The position numbers and the translations under genes were made by a program. From an uncultured Solirubrobacterales bacterium (lineage in GTDB: Bacteria > Actinomycetota > Thermoleophilia > Solirubrobacterales > 70-9), in assembly GCA_963800285.1 (NCBI GenBank), contig CAWDAL010000013.1, positions 227,395 to 291,394 of the forward strand: 64,000 bases of DNA, written 5' to 3'. The notes beneath the pieces were generated by a model. The model was not told the origin of the DNA and did no database searches. It was given only the letters and a program-made list of their open reading frames with translations. Below, one piece after another: positions 38,126-48,006 of the stretch. Position 1 is the first letter of the stretch. Every line of letters starts with the position of its first letter.

Positions 38126-39529
38126 ATGCATGACTGCGACGTCGTAGTTGTCGGAGCGGGACTCGCCGGGCTGACGGCGGCGCGCGAGATCGCCGGAGCC
38201 GGGATGGACGTTCAGGTCCTCGAGGCCCGCGACCGCGTGGGCGGCCGCAACCTGAGCCAATCGGTCGGGGATCACCCGGAGGACGTCGTCGAGCTCGGCG
38301 GCCAGTGGGTGGGGCCGACGCAGCACGAGGTGATGGCACTGGCGGAGGAGCTCGGCATCGGCATCTATCCGACCCACGTCGAGGGAAAGAACCTCTTCGA
38401 GACCGATCGGGGCAAGCTGAAGCGCTACCGCGGCACGATCCCGATGCTCGGCCCGCTGGTGATGGTCGACTACGGCCGCGCCGACCTGAAGCTGAAGCGG
38501 CTGATCAAGCGGGTCTCGGCCGAGACGCCCTGGGAAGCCGAGGACGCGGAGCGGCTGGACGAGCAGAGCTTCGCGACCTGGATCCGCCGCGCGGCTCGGA
38601 CCAACACGGCGCGCGAGGCGCTCGCCACCGCCTGCCGGGCCGTCTTCTCGGTGGAGCCGGCCGACGTCTCCCTGCTGCATGTCCTCTTCTATGCCGCCGC
38701 CGCGGGTGGCTGGGACGACCTCCTCGACACGGAGGGCGGCGCCCAGCAGGACCGGCTCGCGGGCGGTACCCAGCAGCTCTCGATCCGGATGGCCGAGGAG
38801 CTCGGCGACAGGGTGTCGCTCTCGGCACCGGTCATGACGATCCGGACCGAGGCTGACGGAGTGGTGGCGGGCGAGGTGAGAGCCCGCCGGGCGATCGTGG
38901 CCGTGCCGCCCGCCCTGGCGGGGCGGATCGAGTACGACCCACCGCTGCCCGCTCTGCGCGACCAGCTCACCCAGCGGATGCCGATGGGCTCGGTGATCAA
39001 GTGCATGGCCGTCTATGAGGAGCCCTTCTGGCGCGACGACGGCCTCAGCGGGCAGGCGGTCAGCCTGCCCGGCCCGGCCCAGGTCGTGTTCGACAACACG
39101 CCGCCGAACGGCAGCCCCGGGCTGATCGGTTTTCTCGAGGGCCGCGAGGCGCGTGAGCTCGGAGCCGTATCGGTGGCCGAGCGCCGCGACGCCGTGCTCA
39201 AGGGCTTCCAGCGGCTCTTCGGCCGCCGTGCCGGTCACCCGACCCTTTATGTGGAGAAGGACTGGAGCACCGAGCCCTACTCCCGCGGTTGCTACGCGGG
39301 CGTGCTCGGTCCCGGCGCCTGGACCGCCTACGGGCGCGCCCTGCGCGAGCCCGTCGACCGCATCCACTGGGCCGGCACCGAGACGGCGACCCGCTGGATG
39401 GGATACATGGACGGCGCGATCCAGTCGGGCAAGCGCGCGGCCGCGGAGGTCATGCGCACGGAGGGATCGGCCCTGGCCGCGTCCGCCGGGGCTCGCGCCG
39501 CGCAGGCCTCGCGCGTCGTCCCCGGATGA
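38126..39529 (+). CDS. flavin-containing amine oxidase (putrescine/monoamine oxidase-like)
   Basis: DVVVVGAGLAGLTAAREI...VLEARDRVGGR FAD fingerprint. C-terminal WAGTETA...GYMDGAIQSG. Confidence 0.88.
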   Translation: MHDCDVVVVGAGLAGLTAAREIAGAGMDVQVLEARDRVGGRNLSQSVGDHPEDVVELGGQWVGPTQHEVMALAEELGIGIYPTHVEGKNLFETDRGKLKRYRGTIPMLGPLVMVDYGRADLKLKRLIKRVSAETPWEAEDAERLDEQSFATWIRRAARTNTAREALATACRAVFSVEPADVSLLHVLFYAAAAGGWDDLLDTEGGAQQDRLAGGTQQLSIRMAEELGDRVSLSAPVMTIRTEADGVVAGEVRARRAIVAVPPALAGRIEYDPPLPALRDQLTQRMPMGSVIKCMAVYEEPFWRDDGLSGQAVSLPGPAQVVFDNTPPNGSPGLIGFLEGREARELGAVSVAERRDAVLKGFQRLFGRRAGHPTLYVEKDWSTEPYSRGCYAGVLGPGAWTAYGRALREPVDRIHWAGTETATRWMGYMDGAIQSGKRAAAEVMRTEGSALAASAGARAAQASRVVPG

Positions 39530-40359
39530 ACCTGATCGACGTCCGCCACCTCGGCCGTGAGCGGGTGATCGGCTGCTGGGAGCTCGAGGGCGTGCTGATC
39601 GATCCCGGGCCGACCAGCTCGATGGACACCCTGATCGAGGCGCTCGGTGGCGAGCAGCCGCGGGCGCTCCTGCTCACCCACATCCACCTCGACCACGCCG
39701 GGGCCACGGGCAACCTGGTGCGGCGCTGGCCCGAGCTCCCCGTCTACGTGCACGAGCGCGGCGCTCGGCACCTGGCCGACCCGGCGAAGCTGCTGACGAG
39801 CGCCGAGCGGCTCTACGGCGATCGGATGGATCGGCTCTGGGGCGAGGTCGCGCCGGTGCCCGAGCCGAACCTTCATCCGCTCAGCGGCGGGGAGGAGGTG
39901 CTCGGCTTCAAGGTCGCCTACACGCCCGGCCACGCCTCCCATCACGTCAGCTACTTCCATCCGCCGAGCGGCCGCGCCTTCGTCGGCGACGTTGCGGCGG
40001 TGCGCATCCCGCCCAGCGACTTCGTCATGCCGCCGACGCCCCCGCCCGACATCGACCTCGAGGTCTGGGAGGACTCGATCGACCGGATCCTCGACTGGGA
40101 GCCGGCCAGCCTGGGCCTGACCCACTTCGGGGCGATCGATGAGCCGGAGGCTCACCTCGACCTCGTCCGCGAGCGGCTGCGCGAGCAGGGCCGCCTGGCC
40201 CGCGAGCTCCCGGCCGAGGAGTTCGAGGAGCGGATCCGCCAGCAGGTCGCGGGCCGCACCGATGAGGAGACGGCCGAGGCCCTGCTTCAGGCCGTGCCGC
40301 CGGAGCAGCAGTGGTGGGGCCTCGATCGCTACTGGGGCAAGCGGGGCGCACGCACGTAG
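39526..40359 (+). CDS. MBL-fold metallo-hydrolase
   Basis: LLLTHIHLDHAG (HxHxDH) motif. The ATG overlaps the amine-oxidase stop (ATGA). Confidence 0.85.
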   Translation: MNLIDVRHLGRERVIGCWELEGVLIDPGPTSSMDTLIEALGGEQPRALLLTHIHLDHAGATGNLVRRWPELPVYVHERGARHLADPAKLLTSAERLYGDRMDRLWGEVAPVPEPNLHPLSGGEEVLGFKVAYTPGHASHHVSYFHPPSGRAFVGDVAAVRIPPSDFVMPPTPPPDIDLEVWEDSIDRILDWEPASLGLTHFGAIDEPEAHLDLVRERLREQGRLARELPAEEFEERIRQQVAGRTDEETAEALLQAVPPEQQWWGLDRYWGKRGART

Positions 40360-40393
40360 CTCGGGTCGGCACCACCTTTGCGGAAAAGTGCGG

Positions 40394-41478
40394 ATGCGCA
40401 CTCGCGGGGGGTGGACGATTGTGAATCTCGTGTCCGCGTTGCGCTCGTACTTCGCTCGCACGCCCGATCCCTACGCGGGCGGCGATCTCGACAACGCCCA
40501 GCGAATCGGGTCGGTCCTCTTCGGCCTGCAGGTACTGCTGGCTCTCGTGCTGCTCCCGCTCAGCCCGCCGACACACGCCGTCGGCAACCTCGGCTGGGTG
40601 GTGGCCGCCGTGGTCGTCGGCGCGGGTGTCGTCGTCACCTACGGAATGCACCGGCGTCGCTTGGCCAACTGGACGGTGCTGCTGCTCGCCTCCTACGGGG
40701 CAGTTGCCGCCCTGGAGGTCATGCAGTGGCTCGGCGGGGGCATCGATGCTCCCTACGAGCGAGCGATCCTGCTGCCGGTGTTCTTCGTCGCCGCGATCCA
40801 GCCCCCGCGCCGCATCGCCGGCCTTCTCGCTTCGTCGGTCTCGCCCTGATCGTCCCCTTCACCTACGGCGGCTGGGACGCGCAGGCGGCCGGCGCCTCAC
40901 TGGTCAGCCTGATCATCTACGCCGGGCTGTCGCTCGGCGTGAACGTCCCGATGAGCGCGATCCGCGCCCAGCGCCTGGCCCACGCCCGCGAGGAGGCGCA
41001 GGCGCGGGAGGAGGCCCGGATCGACGACCTCACCGGCCTGCACAATCGCCGCGCCTTCAACGAGGCGCTCGGCGACGAGGTCAAGCTGGCGCGGCGGGTG
41101 GGGATCCCGCTGAGCGTGGCGATGATCGACATCGTCAACTTCAAGGAGATCAACGACCGCTGGAGCCCCGCCGAGGGCGATCGCTGCCTGCGGGCGGTGG
41201 CGGAGGCCCTCTCGGCCTCCCTCCGGGATCCCGATCAGGTCTTTCGCTGGGGCGGGGACGAGTTCGCCCTGATCCTCACCGGCACCGCCGCGAGGGACGC
41301 GGGCCGGCTGCGCGACCGCCTCAGGCTGATCGTCTCATCCGCGTGCGTGCGCCCTGACGAGGAGCCGATCGAGATCCGGTTCGCGGTCGCGGAGGTCAAG
41401 GACGGCGAGGCGCCCGAGGACGTGGTCGAGATGGCGGGGCTGGCGATGACCGCCGCCAAGATGGACCGCACCGCCTAG
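40394..41478 (+). pseudogene. membrane-bound diguanylate cyclase (GGDEF); frame broken by a 1-nt deletion near 40820-40840
   Basis: The N-terminal TM part in the frame of ORF 40139..40849 ends ...RIAGLLA. It continues as FVGLALIVPFTYGG... in the frame of ORF 40378..41478. DDLTGLHNRRAF and RWGGDEFALIL are present. Confidence 0.7.
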
Positions 41479-41499
41479 CCGGCGACGGACGGACCTCCT

Positions 41500-42534
<1,035 letters not shown>

Positions 42535-42673
42535 GCTCGCGTCGATGAATGCCTGAAGGGCGCGCTGCCCTCGCCGCCGTAGCACTGCCGCGAACGTACC
42601 CCGGTATTGGGGGGCGGAACAAGCCCCTTTGTTGGTAATCGGACCAAATCGCGCGCCAGTAGCCTCGCGGGTG

Positions 42674-43219
42674 ATGCCCCGGACGCTCCTGATCATCGAC
42701 ATCCAGCGCGACTACTTTCCCGGCGGCGCCTATCCGCTGGTCGAGCCTGAGGCCGCCGCCGAGTCCGCGCGCAGGGTGCTGGAGCGGTTCCGCGAGGCCG
42801 GGGATCCGGTCGTTCACATGAGGCACGTCTGGGACGCGCCGGACGCCGAGTTCATGCGCCCCGGGACCGAGGGGATCGAGATCCATCCGGCGGTGGCGCC
42901 GGCCGAGGGCGAGCTCGTGCTCGAGAAGGAGAATCCGAACTCCTTCCTCGAGACGCCGCTGGAGGAGGAGCTGCGCCGTCGCGGCGGGGATGACCTCGTC
43001 GTCGCCGGGATGATGAGCTCGATGTGCGTCGACGCGACCGTGCGGGCCGCCGCCGACCTGGGGTTCTCACCGACCGTCGTTCACGACGCGTGCGCGGCCC
43101 CCGACCTGGAGTTCGGCGGGGTCCAGGTCCCGGGGGCCGCGGTGCACGCGGCGTTCATGGCCGCGCTCGCCGACGGGTATGCCGAGCTGACGAGCGCAGC
43201 CGACCTGCTCGACGCCTAG
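42674..43219 (+). CDS. isochorismatase-family cysteine hydrolase
   Basis: LLIIDIQRDYF...VVAGMMSSMCVDATVR, i.e. the catalytic D-K-C pattern. Confidence 0.85.
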   Translation: MPRTLLIIDIQRDYFPGGAYPLVEPEAAAESARRVLERFREAGDPVVHMRHVWDAPDAEFMRPGTEGIEIHPAVAPAEGELVLEKENPNSFLETPLEEELRRRGGDDLVVAGMMSSMCVDATVRAAADLGFSPTVVHDACAAPDLEFGGVQVPGAAVHAAFMAALADGYAELTSAADLLDA

Positions 43220-43803
43220 TAGCCGTACCCGCCGGACGATCCACCCGATGAGCTCGAGCTGTTGCTCGTCGTGGCGGTGCCGGACGGAGCCGCGCCGGTC
43301 GAGCCGGAGCTCGCCGCCGTGTCGGCCATCGCCGCGCTCCAGGTGAACGATGTTCCACCGAAGCTGTCGGTGACTCCGTTCCCAGTCGCCTGACCGGGGC
43401 TGTCCTGAACGAACGTGTACAGGGGCTTGCCGTCGAAGGTGACCTGCCCGTTCGCGACGGCGAGCTTCGCCTGTACCGACGAGTCCGACGAGGTCGGCTG
43501 TCCGCCTGAGGCCGTCAGTGGCGGCCAGATGGCCTGGCACGAAGCCGTGCACGCCATCTTCGAGCTGGTGTCCTGATTGTTGGTGTAGAGCACGTTGCCC
43601 TTCGAGTCGACGAGCACGGTCCCGACGCCGCTGACCGACATCGTCGAGACGGTGTCGGATCCGGAGCTGGTCAGCGCCGGCGTTGAGCTGGCTGCGTTCG
43701 AGGAGCCGTTGTCGGAGTTGCTGCTCCCGCCGCACGCCGCGAGCCCGACTGCGAGCACCGGCACGGCGATCAGCGCGAGATATCCACGTTTGAATTTCAT
43801 CAC
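43216..43803 (-). CDS. lipoprotein with two Yx(FWY)xxD repeats (COG4315-type)
   Basis: Lipobox VGLAAC. GNVLYTNNQD and GKPLYTFVQD repeats. Ser/Gly-rich tail. Confidence 0.75.
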   Translation of the reverse strand: MMKFKRGYLALIAVPVLAVGLAACGGSSNSDNGSSNAASSTPALTSSGSDTVSTMSVSGVGTVLVDSKGNVLYTNNQDTSSKMACTASCQAIWPPLTASGGQPTSSDSSVQAKLAVANGQVTFDGKPLYTFVQDSPGQATGNGVTDSFGGTSFTWSAAMADTAASSGSTGAAPSGTATTSNSSSSSGGSSGGYGY

Positions 43804-43903
43804 TTGCCCTTCTTTGCGCGTAACCCCATCTGTTCCCAGCGGGTACTACGCCGGTGCCCTCCCGCGGGATTGGCCGGAACATCGCCGGTAGGCTCGCTGG
43901 CGG

Positions 43904-44365
43904 ATGCCCTCGCTGACCGACTTCGCGAGTAAGCGTGGCTGGTACCTGGGGAAGCGGTCGACGCCGGCGCACGTCTGGCTCTACCGGCGCAGCGGCGGAC
44001 GTCTCGGGGGGCGTTACCCAGGCAGGAAGGACTGCCGAATCGCGCTCGTCGATCACAAGGGGGCCAAGAGCGGCGTGGTGCGAACCTCGCCGATCATTTA
44101 CCTCGCCGACGGCCCCAACATCGTCGTCGTGGCGTCCAAGGCCGGTCAGCCGACCAACCCGTCGTGGTTCCACAACCTGGTGGCGAACCCCGAGACGACC
44201 GTTCAGGTGGGGCGCGAGGTGCGCGAGGTGCGGGCGCGTGTCGCAGACGACGCCGAGCGCGAACGGCTATGGCCCCGACTCACCGCGATGTTCCCGGCCT
44301 ACGAGATCTACGAGCGCAACGCGAGGCCGCGCCGGCTGCCGATCGTGATCCTGGAGCCCCGCTAG
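43904..44365 (+). CDS. deazaflavin (F420)-dependent nitroreductase-family oxidoreductase (Ddn/DUF385-like)
   Basis: VVASKAGQPTNPSWFHNLVANPETTVQVG...RLWPRL pattern of the F420H2-dependent Ddn family. Confidence 0.8.
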   Translation: MPSLTDFASKRGWYLGKRSTPAHVWLYRRSGGRLGGRYPGRKDCRIALVDHKGAKSGVVRTSPIIYLADGPNIVVVASKAGQPTNPSWFHNLVANPETTVQVGREVREVRARVADDAERERLWPRLTAMFPAYEIYERNARPRRLPIVILEPR

Positions 44366-47205
44366 CCGCAGCCGGTGTTGTTGCCGCAGCTCGGGCACGT
44401 GTAGCAGGAGCCCGTGCGCTGCATCATGCCTCCGCACTGGTCGCAGGCCGGGCCGAGCTCGAGGTCGGCTCCGATCCTCGCCGGGACGACCGGCGGGGTA
44501 TCGGTCAGAGCCGCCGTCGCCGGCTTCGGCTCCGACTTCGGCTCCGCGGAGCCGTTCGCAGCCTTCGCCTCGCCGTTCGAGGACCCGTTGCCGTTCCCGC
44601 CGTTGGACGGCGCGGCGGTGTCCTCGATCGGGAAGGCCTGCTGGGCCTCCTTCTTGGCGCGGACGTCGTCGGTGAGGATGCCGAGCTGCTCGAGGTAGCC
44701 GGTGTCCTCGACGAAGCGGCTGGCGAGCCAGCGCATGATGTAGTCGGGCATCGACTTGGCGAACGGGATCTCCGGGTTGGTCGTGATCCCCTCCGGCTCG
44801 AAGCGGACGTAGCTGAACTTGTTGACGAACACCTCGAGCGGCACGCCGTACTGCAGGCCGATCGAGATCGCGGTCGCGAACGCGTTCATCAGGCCCTTGA
44901 TCGTCGAGCCCTCCTTGCCGATGTCGGTGAGGAAGATCTCGCCGACCGACCCGTCCGGGTACTTGCCGGCGGTGATGTAGCCCTCCTGCATCCCGATCCG
45001 GAACTTGTGGGTGATCGACTCGCGCTCCTGCGGCATGCGGGTGCGCTGCGGCTCCGGCGGGGCGCCCTCGAGGTTGGTGGCCTCGGCGGGCTCCGACTTC
45101 TTCTCGCCGGCGTCGGTCTTCAGCGCCTGCGCGGTCTTGGACCCGTCGCGATAGATCGCCAGGGCCTTGAGGCCCTTCCTCCAGCCGTCCGAGTAGGCGT
45201 CGGCGATGTCGGAGATCGTCGCCGACTCCGGCAGGTTGACCGTCTTCGAGATCGCGCCCGAGAGGAACGGCTGAGCCGCCGCCATCATGTCGATGTGGCC
45301 GGTGTGCGAGATCGAGCGCTCGCCGACCGCCACGTCGAAGACCTCGAGGTGCTCGTCCTTGAAGCCGGGCGCCCCGATGATCGTGTTGTGCTCGCTGATG
45401 TAGGCGTCGATCTGCTCGATCTCGGAGGGCGAGTAGCCGAGCGTCTTCAGCGCCAGGTTGACGCAGCCGTTGACGATCTTCATCTGCCCGCCGCCGACCA
45501 GCTCCTTGAACTTGACCAGCGAGAAGTCCGGCTCGATGCCGGTCGTGTCGCAGTCCATCAGGAAGCTGATCGTCCCCGTCGGTGCGAGGACGGTCGCCTG
45601 CGCGTTGCGGTAGCCGTGCTGCTCGCCCAGCGCCACGGCCTCGTCCCATGACTCGCGGGCGGCGTGGAGCAGAGGCTCCTCGACCAGCTCGTCCTCGATC
45701 TCGTAGGCCGCGGACTGGTGCATCCGCATCACCTGGTTGTGCGGCTCGCGGTTCACCTGGTAGCCGTCGTACGGCCCCATCGTGCCCGCGATCTCGGCGG
45801 ACATCTTGTAGCCGCGGCCCGTCATCAGCGCGGTGATCGAGCCGGCGAGGGCGCGGCCCTCGTCCGAGTCGTAGGCGAGGCCGTTGGACATCAGCAGCGC
45901 GCCGAGGTTGGCGTAGCCGAGCCCGAGCTGGCGGAACGCCCTGGCGTTCTGCGTGATCTGCTCGGTCGGGTAGCTGGAGAAGCCGACCAGGATCTCCTGC
46001 GCGAGGAAGACGATGTCCACCGCGTGGGTGAAGTCGTCGACGTCGAAGGTCCCGTCCTCGTTGCGGAACTTCATGAGGTTGAGCGAAGCGAGGTTGCAGG
46101 CCGAGTCGTCGATCGACATGTACTCGGAGCAGGGATTCGACGCGGTGATCGGCCCGGTGTTGGGATCCGTGTGCCACTTGTTGATCGTCGTGTCGTACTG
46201 GATGCCCGGGTCCGCGCACTGCCAGGCGGCGTCCGCGATCTGGTCCATCAGCGCACGCGCCTTGACGGTCTTGACCGGCGTGCCGTCGACGCGGCCGATC
46301 AGGTCCCAGTCCTCGTCGTTCTCGACCGCCCGCATGAACTCGTCGGTGACGCGAACCGAGTTGTTGGCGTTCTGGAACTGGACCGAGGCGAAGGCGTCGG
46401 AGTCCAGCCGCATGTCGAAGTCGGCGGCCTTCAGCGCGGCGGCCTTCTTCTCCTCGTCGGCCTTGCACCAGATGAACTTCTCGATGTCCGGGTGGTCGAC
46501 GTCGAGCACGACCATCTTGGCCGCGCGGCGCGTGCCGCCGCCGGACTTGATCGCGCCCGCCCAGGAGTCCGCGCCGCGCATGAAGCTGACCGGGCCGGAG
46601 GCGATCCCGCCCTTCGAGAGGTGCTCCATCGAGCCGCGGATCTTGGAGAGGTTGATGCCGGAGCCGGAGCCGCCCTTGAAGATGATCCCCTCCTTGGTGT
46701 TCCAGGAGAGGATGGAGTCCATGTCGTCCTCGACCGAGAGGATGAAGCAGGCGGAGGCCTGCTCCTGCCCGGGCTCCTTCCAGCCGACGTTGAACCAGAC
46801 CGGGCTGTTGAAGGCGGCCTTCTGGTTGACCAGGATTGAGGTGAGCTCGGCGTCGAAGGCGTCGGCGTCCTCGTCGGTCGCGAAGTAGCCCTGCTCGCGC
46901 CCGACCTCGGTGATCCGGTCGGCGACGCGGCTGACCATCTGCTTGACGGAAGTCTCACGCTCGGGGGAGCCGGGCTGGCCGCGGAAGTACTTCTGGGCGA
47001 CGATGTTCGTCGCGTTCTGCGACCAGCTGGTCGGGAACTCGACCCGGCGCTGCTCGAAGGCGGGCTTCGCCGGATCGCCGATGATCGCGTCGCGCGTCTC
47101 CCACTCGAGCTCGTCGTAGGGATGCGTCCCGGCGGAGGTGAACCGGCGTTCGATGACGAGGCCCTTCTCGGTCGTGATCGCTGCCTTAGAAGTGGCCCTC
47201 GGCAT
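44362..47205 (-). CDS. nrdJ: adenosylcobalamin-dependent (class II) ribonucleotide reductase
   Basis: 947 aa. SNPCSEY active-site region. C-terminal CxxC...CxxC tail CDQCGGMMQRTGSCYTCPSCG. Directly downstream of nrdR. Confidence 0.93.
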   Translation of the reverse strand: MPRATSKAAITTEKGLVIERRFTSAGTHPYDELEWETRDAIIGDPAKPAFEQRRVEFPTSWSQNATNIVAQKYFRGQPGSPERETSVKQMVSRVADRITEVGREQGYFATDEDADAFDAELTSILVNQKAAFNSPVWFNVGWKEPGQEQASACFILSVEDDMDSILSWNTKEGIIFKGGSGSGINLSKIRGSMEHLSKGGIASGPVSFMRGADSWAGAIKSGGGTRRAAKMVVLDVDHPDIEKFIWCKADEEKKAAALKAADFDMRLDSDAFASVQFQNANNSVRVTDEFMRAVENDEDWDLIGRVDGTPVKTVKARALMDQIADAAWQCADPGIQYDTTINKWHTDPNTGPITASNPCSEYMSIDDSACNLASLNLMKFRNEDGTFDVDDFTHAVDIVFLAQEILVGFSSYPTEQITQNARAFRQLGLGYANLGALLMSNGLAYDSDEGRALAGSITALMTGRGYKMSAEIAGTMGPYDGYQVNREPHNQVMRMHQSAAYEIEDELVEEPLLHAARESWDEAVALGEQHGYRNAQATVLAPTGTISFLMDCDTTGIEPDFSLVKFKELVGGGQMKIVNGCVNLALKTLGYSPSEIEQIDAYISEHNTIIGAPGFKDEHLEVFDVAVGERSISHTGHIDMMAAAQPFLSGAISKTVNLPESATISDIADAYSDGWRKGLKALAIYRDGSKTAQALKTDAGEKKSEPAEATNLEGAPPEPQRTRMPQERESITHKFRIGMQEGYITAGKYPDGSVGEIFLTDIGKEGSTIKGLMNAFATAISIGLQYGVPLEVFVNKFSYVRFEPEGITTNPEIPFAKSMPDYIMRWLASRFVEDTGYLEQLGILTDDVRAKKEAQQAFPIEDTAAPSNGGNGNGSSNGEAKAANGSAEPKSEPKPATAALTDTPPVVPARIGADLELGPACDQCGGMMQRTGSCYTCPSCGNNTGCG

Positions 47206-47305
47206 CAGTTTTCTCCTCTCGCTCGGCTATTGGGGTGAGCACCGCAGCATCCTCCGCGGTTCGGACGGAACCCAGGGCTCGCTAGTTCGTTATTTGCGGG
47301 GATTT

Positions 47306-47719
47306 TCACGAGGCGCTCCGAGCGGCGTCCGGCAGAGTTCCCGCAAACTGCAGATAGGCGCCGCGGTCGATCTTCTCCAGCCCGTCGAGGCAGAGCTCGC
47401 CGATCCGGGCGGCCTCCAGCTCGCCGCCCGACCGGCGGATCTCTCCTTCAACCCCGTCAACGAGGAGAACCAGCTGCCGCGGATCGAGTGGACGCTTGTG
47501 CGCGGCTCGGTTCAGGCTCGCCAGGAGCTTGTCGCGGTCGAACGGCTGGCGCTTGCCGTTGCGCTTGATCACTTCGAGCACCTCGGGGACCGCCCGCTCG
47601 TAGGTCGTGAAGCGGTGCCCGCAGGACGAGCACTCGCGGCGGCGGCGAAGGGCGGCGCCGCCCTCGGCCTTGCGGGTTTCGAGGATGGAAGTGGGCTGCT
47701 CGCAGCGGGGGCAGTTCAC
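47306..47719 (-). CDS. nrdR: transcriptional repressor NrdR
   Basis: Zn-ribbon MNCPRCEQ...CSSCGHRFTTYE followed by an ATP-cone. GTG start. Confidence 0.92.
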   Translation of the reverse strand: MNCPRCEQPTSILETRKAEGGAALRRRRECSSCGHRFTTYERAVPEVLEVIKRNGKRQPFDRDKLLASLNRAAHKRPLDPRQLVLLVDGVEGEIRRSGGELEAARIGELCLDGLEKIDRGAYLQFAGTLPDAARSAS

Positions 47720-47772
47720 CTCTCAGAGTCTAGCGGGGCCTAGTGTCCGAGCAACACCGGCAAGGAGGCAGC

Positions 47773-47788
47773 GCACTAGATGTAGTGC
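47773..47788. promoter_or_regulatory. NrdR-box-like palindrome GCACTAGATGTAGTGC upstream of nrdR
   Basis: 12 of 16 positions match the published acaCwAtATaTwGtgt consensus by hand. It lies 54 nt upstream of the nrdR start. Only one box was found. Confidence 0.55.
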
Positions 47789-47808
47789 AGGGTCCCGGCC
47801 CGGATCGA

Positions 47809-47854
47809 GTTTTGGTCAGTTTGCACCGCTATAGCGGTCCGAAGTGACCAAAAC
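47809..47854. promoter_or_regulatory. nested dyad: GTTTTGGTCA ... ACCGCTATAGCGGT ... TGACCAAAAC
   Basis: 10-bp perfect outer arms (47809-47818 / 47845-47854) enclose a perfect 14-nt palindrome (47825-47838). It lies in the intergenic region between nrdR and the MFS gene. Confidence 0.4.
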
Positions 47855-48006
47855 TCCCGCGACGCCTGGCGGCGCTCGGGTCGGCCGCCCTTCATTGCCG
47901 GTGTCCGGCCTGTCGGTCTCGGCCTCGGGGCGGTGGCCGCCACGCAGCGGCGTCGGTGCCGGGCACGGATGTGGATCCGCCCGCTCCGGTCTAAGTTCGG
48001 GAACGG

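Noticed and set aside
47206-47305. Cobalamin riboswitch or NrdR box in the nrdR-nrdJ spacer.
   Set aside because: The spacer is only 100 nt, and I could not see a B12-box-like core or an ACACTA/TAGTGT palindrome. B12 riboswitches usually control the B12-independent RNRs, not nrdJ.
47741-47756. A second NrdR box about 32 bp from the first.
   Set aside because: Only a lone TAGTGT half-site is present. The other half does not match the consensus.
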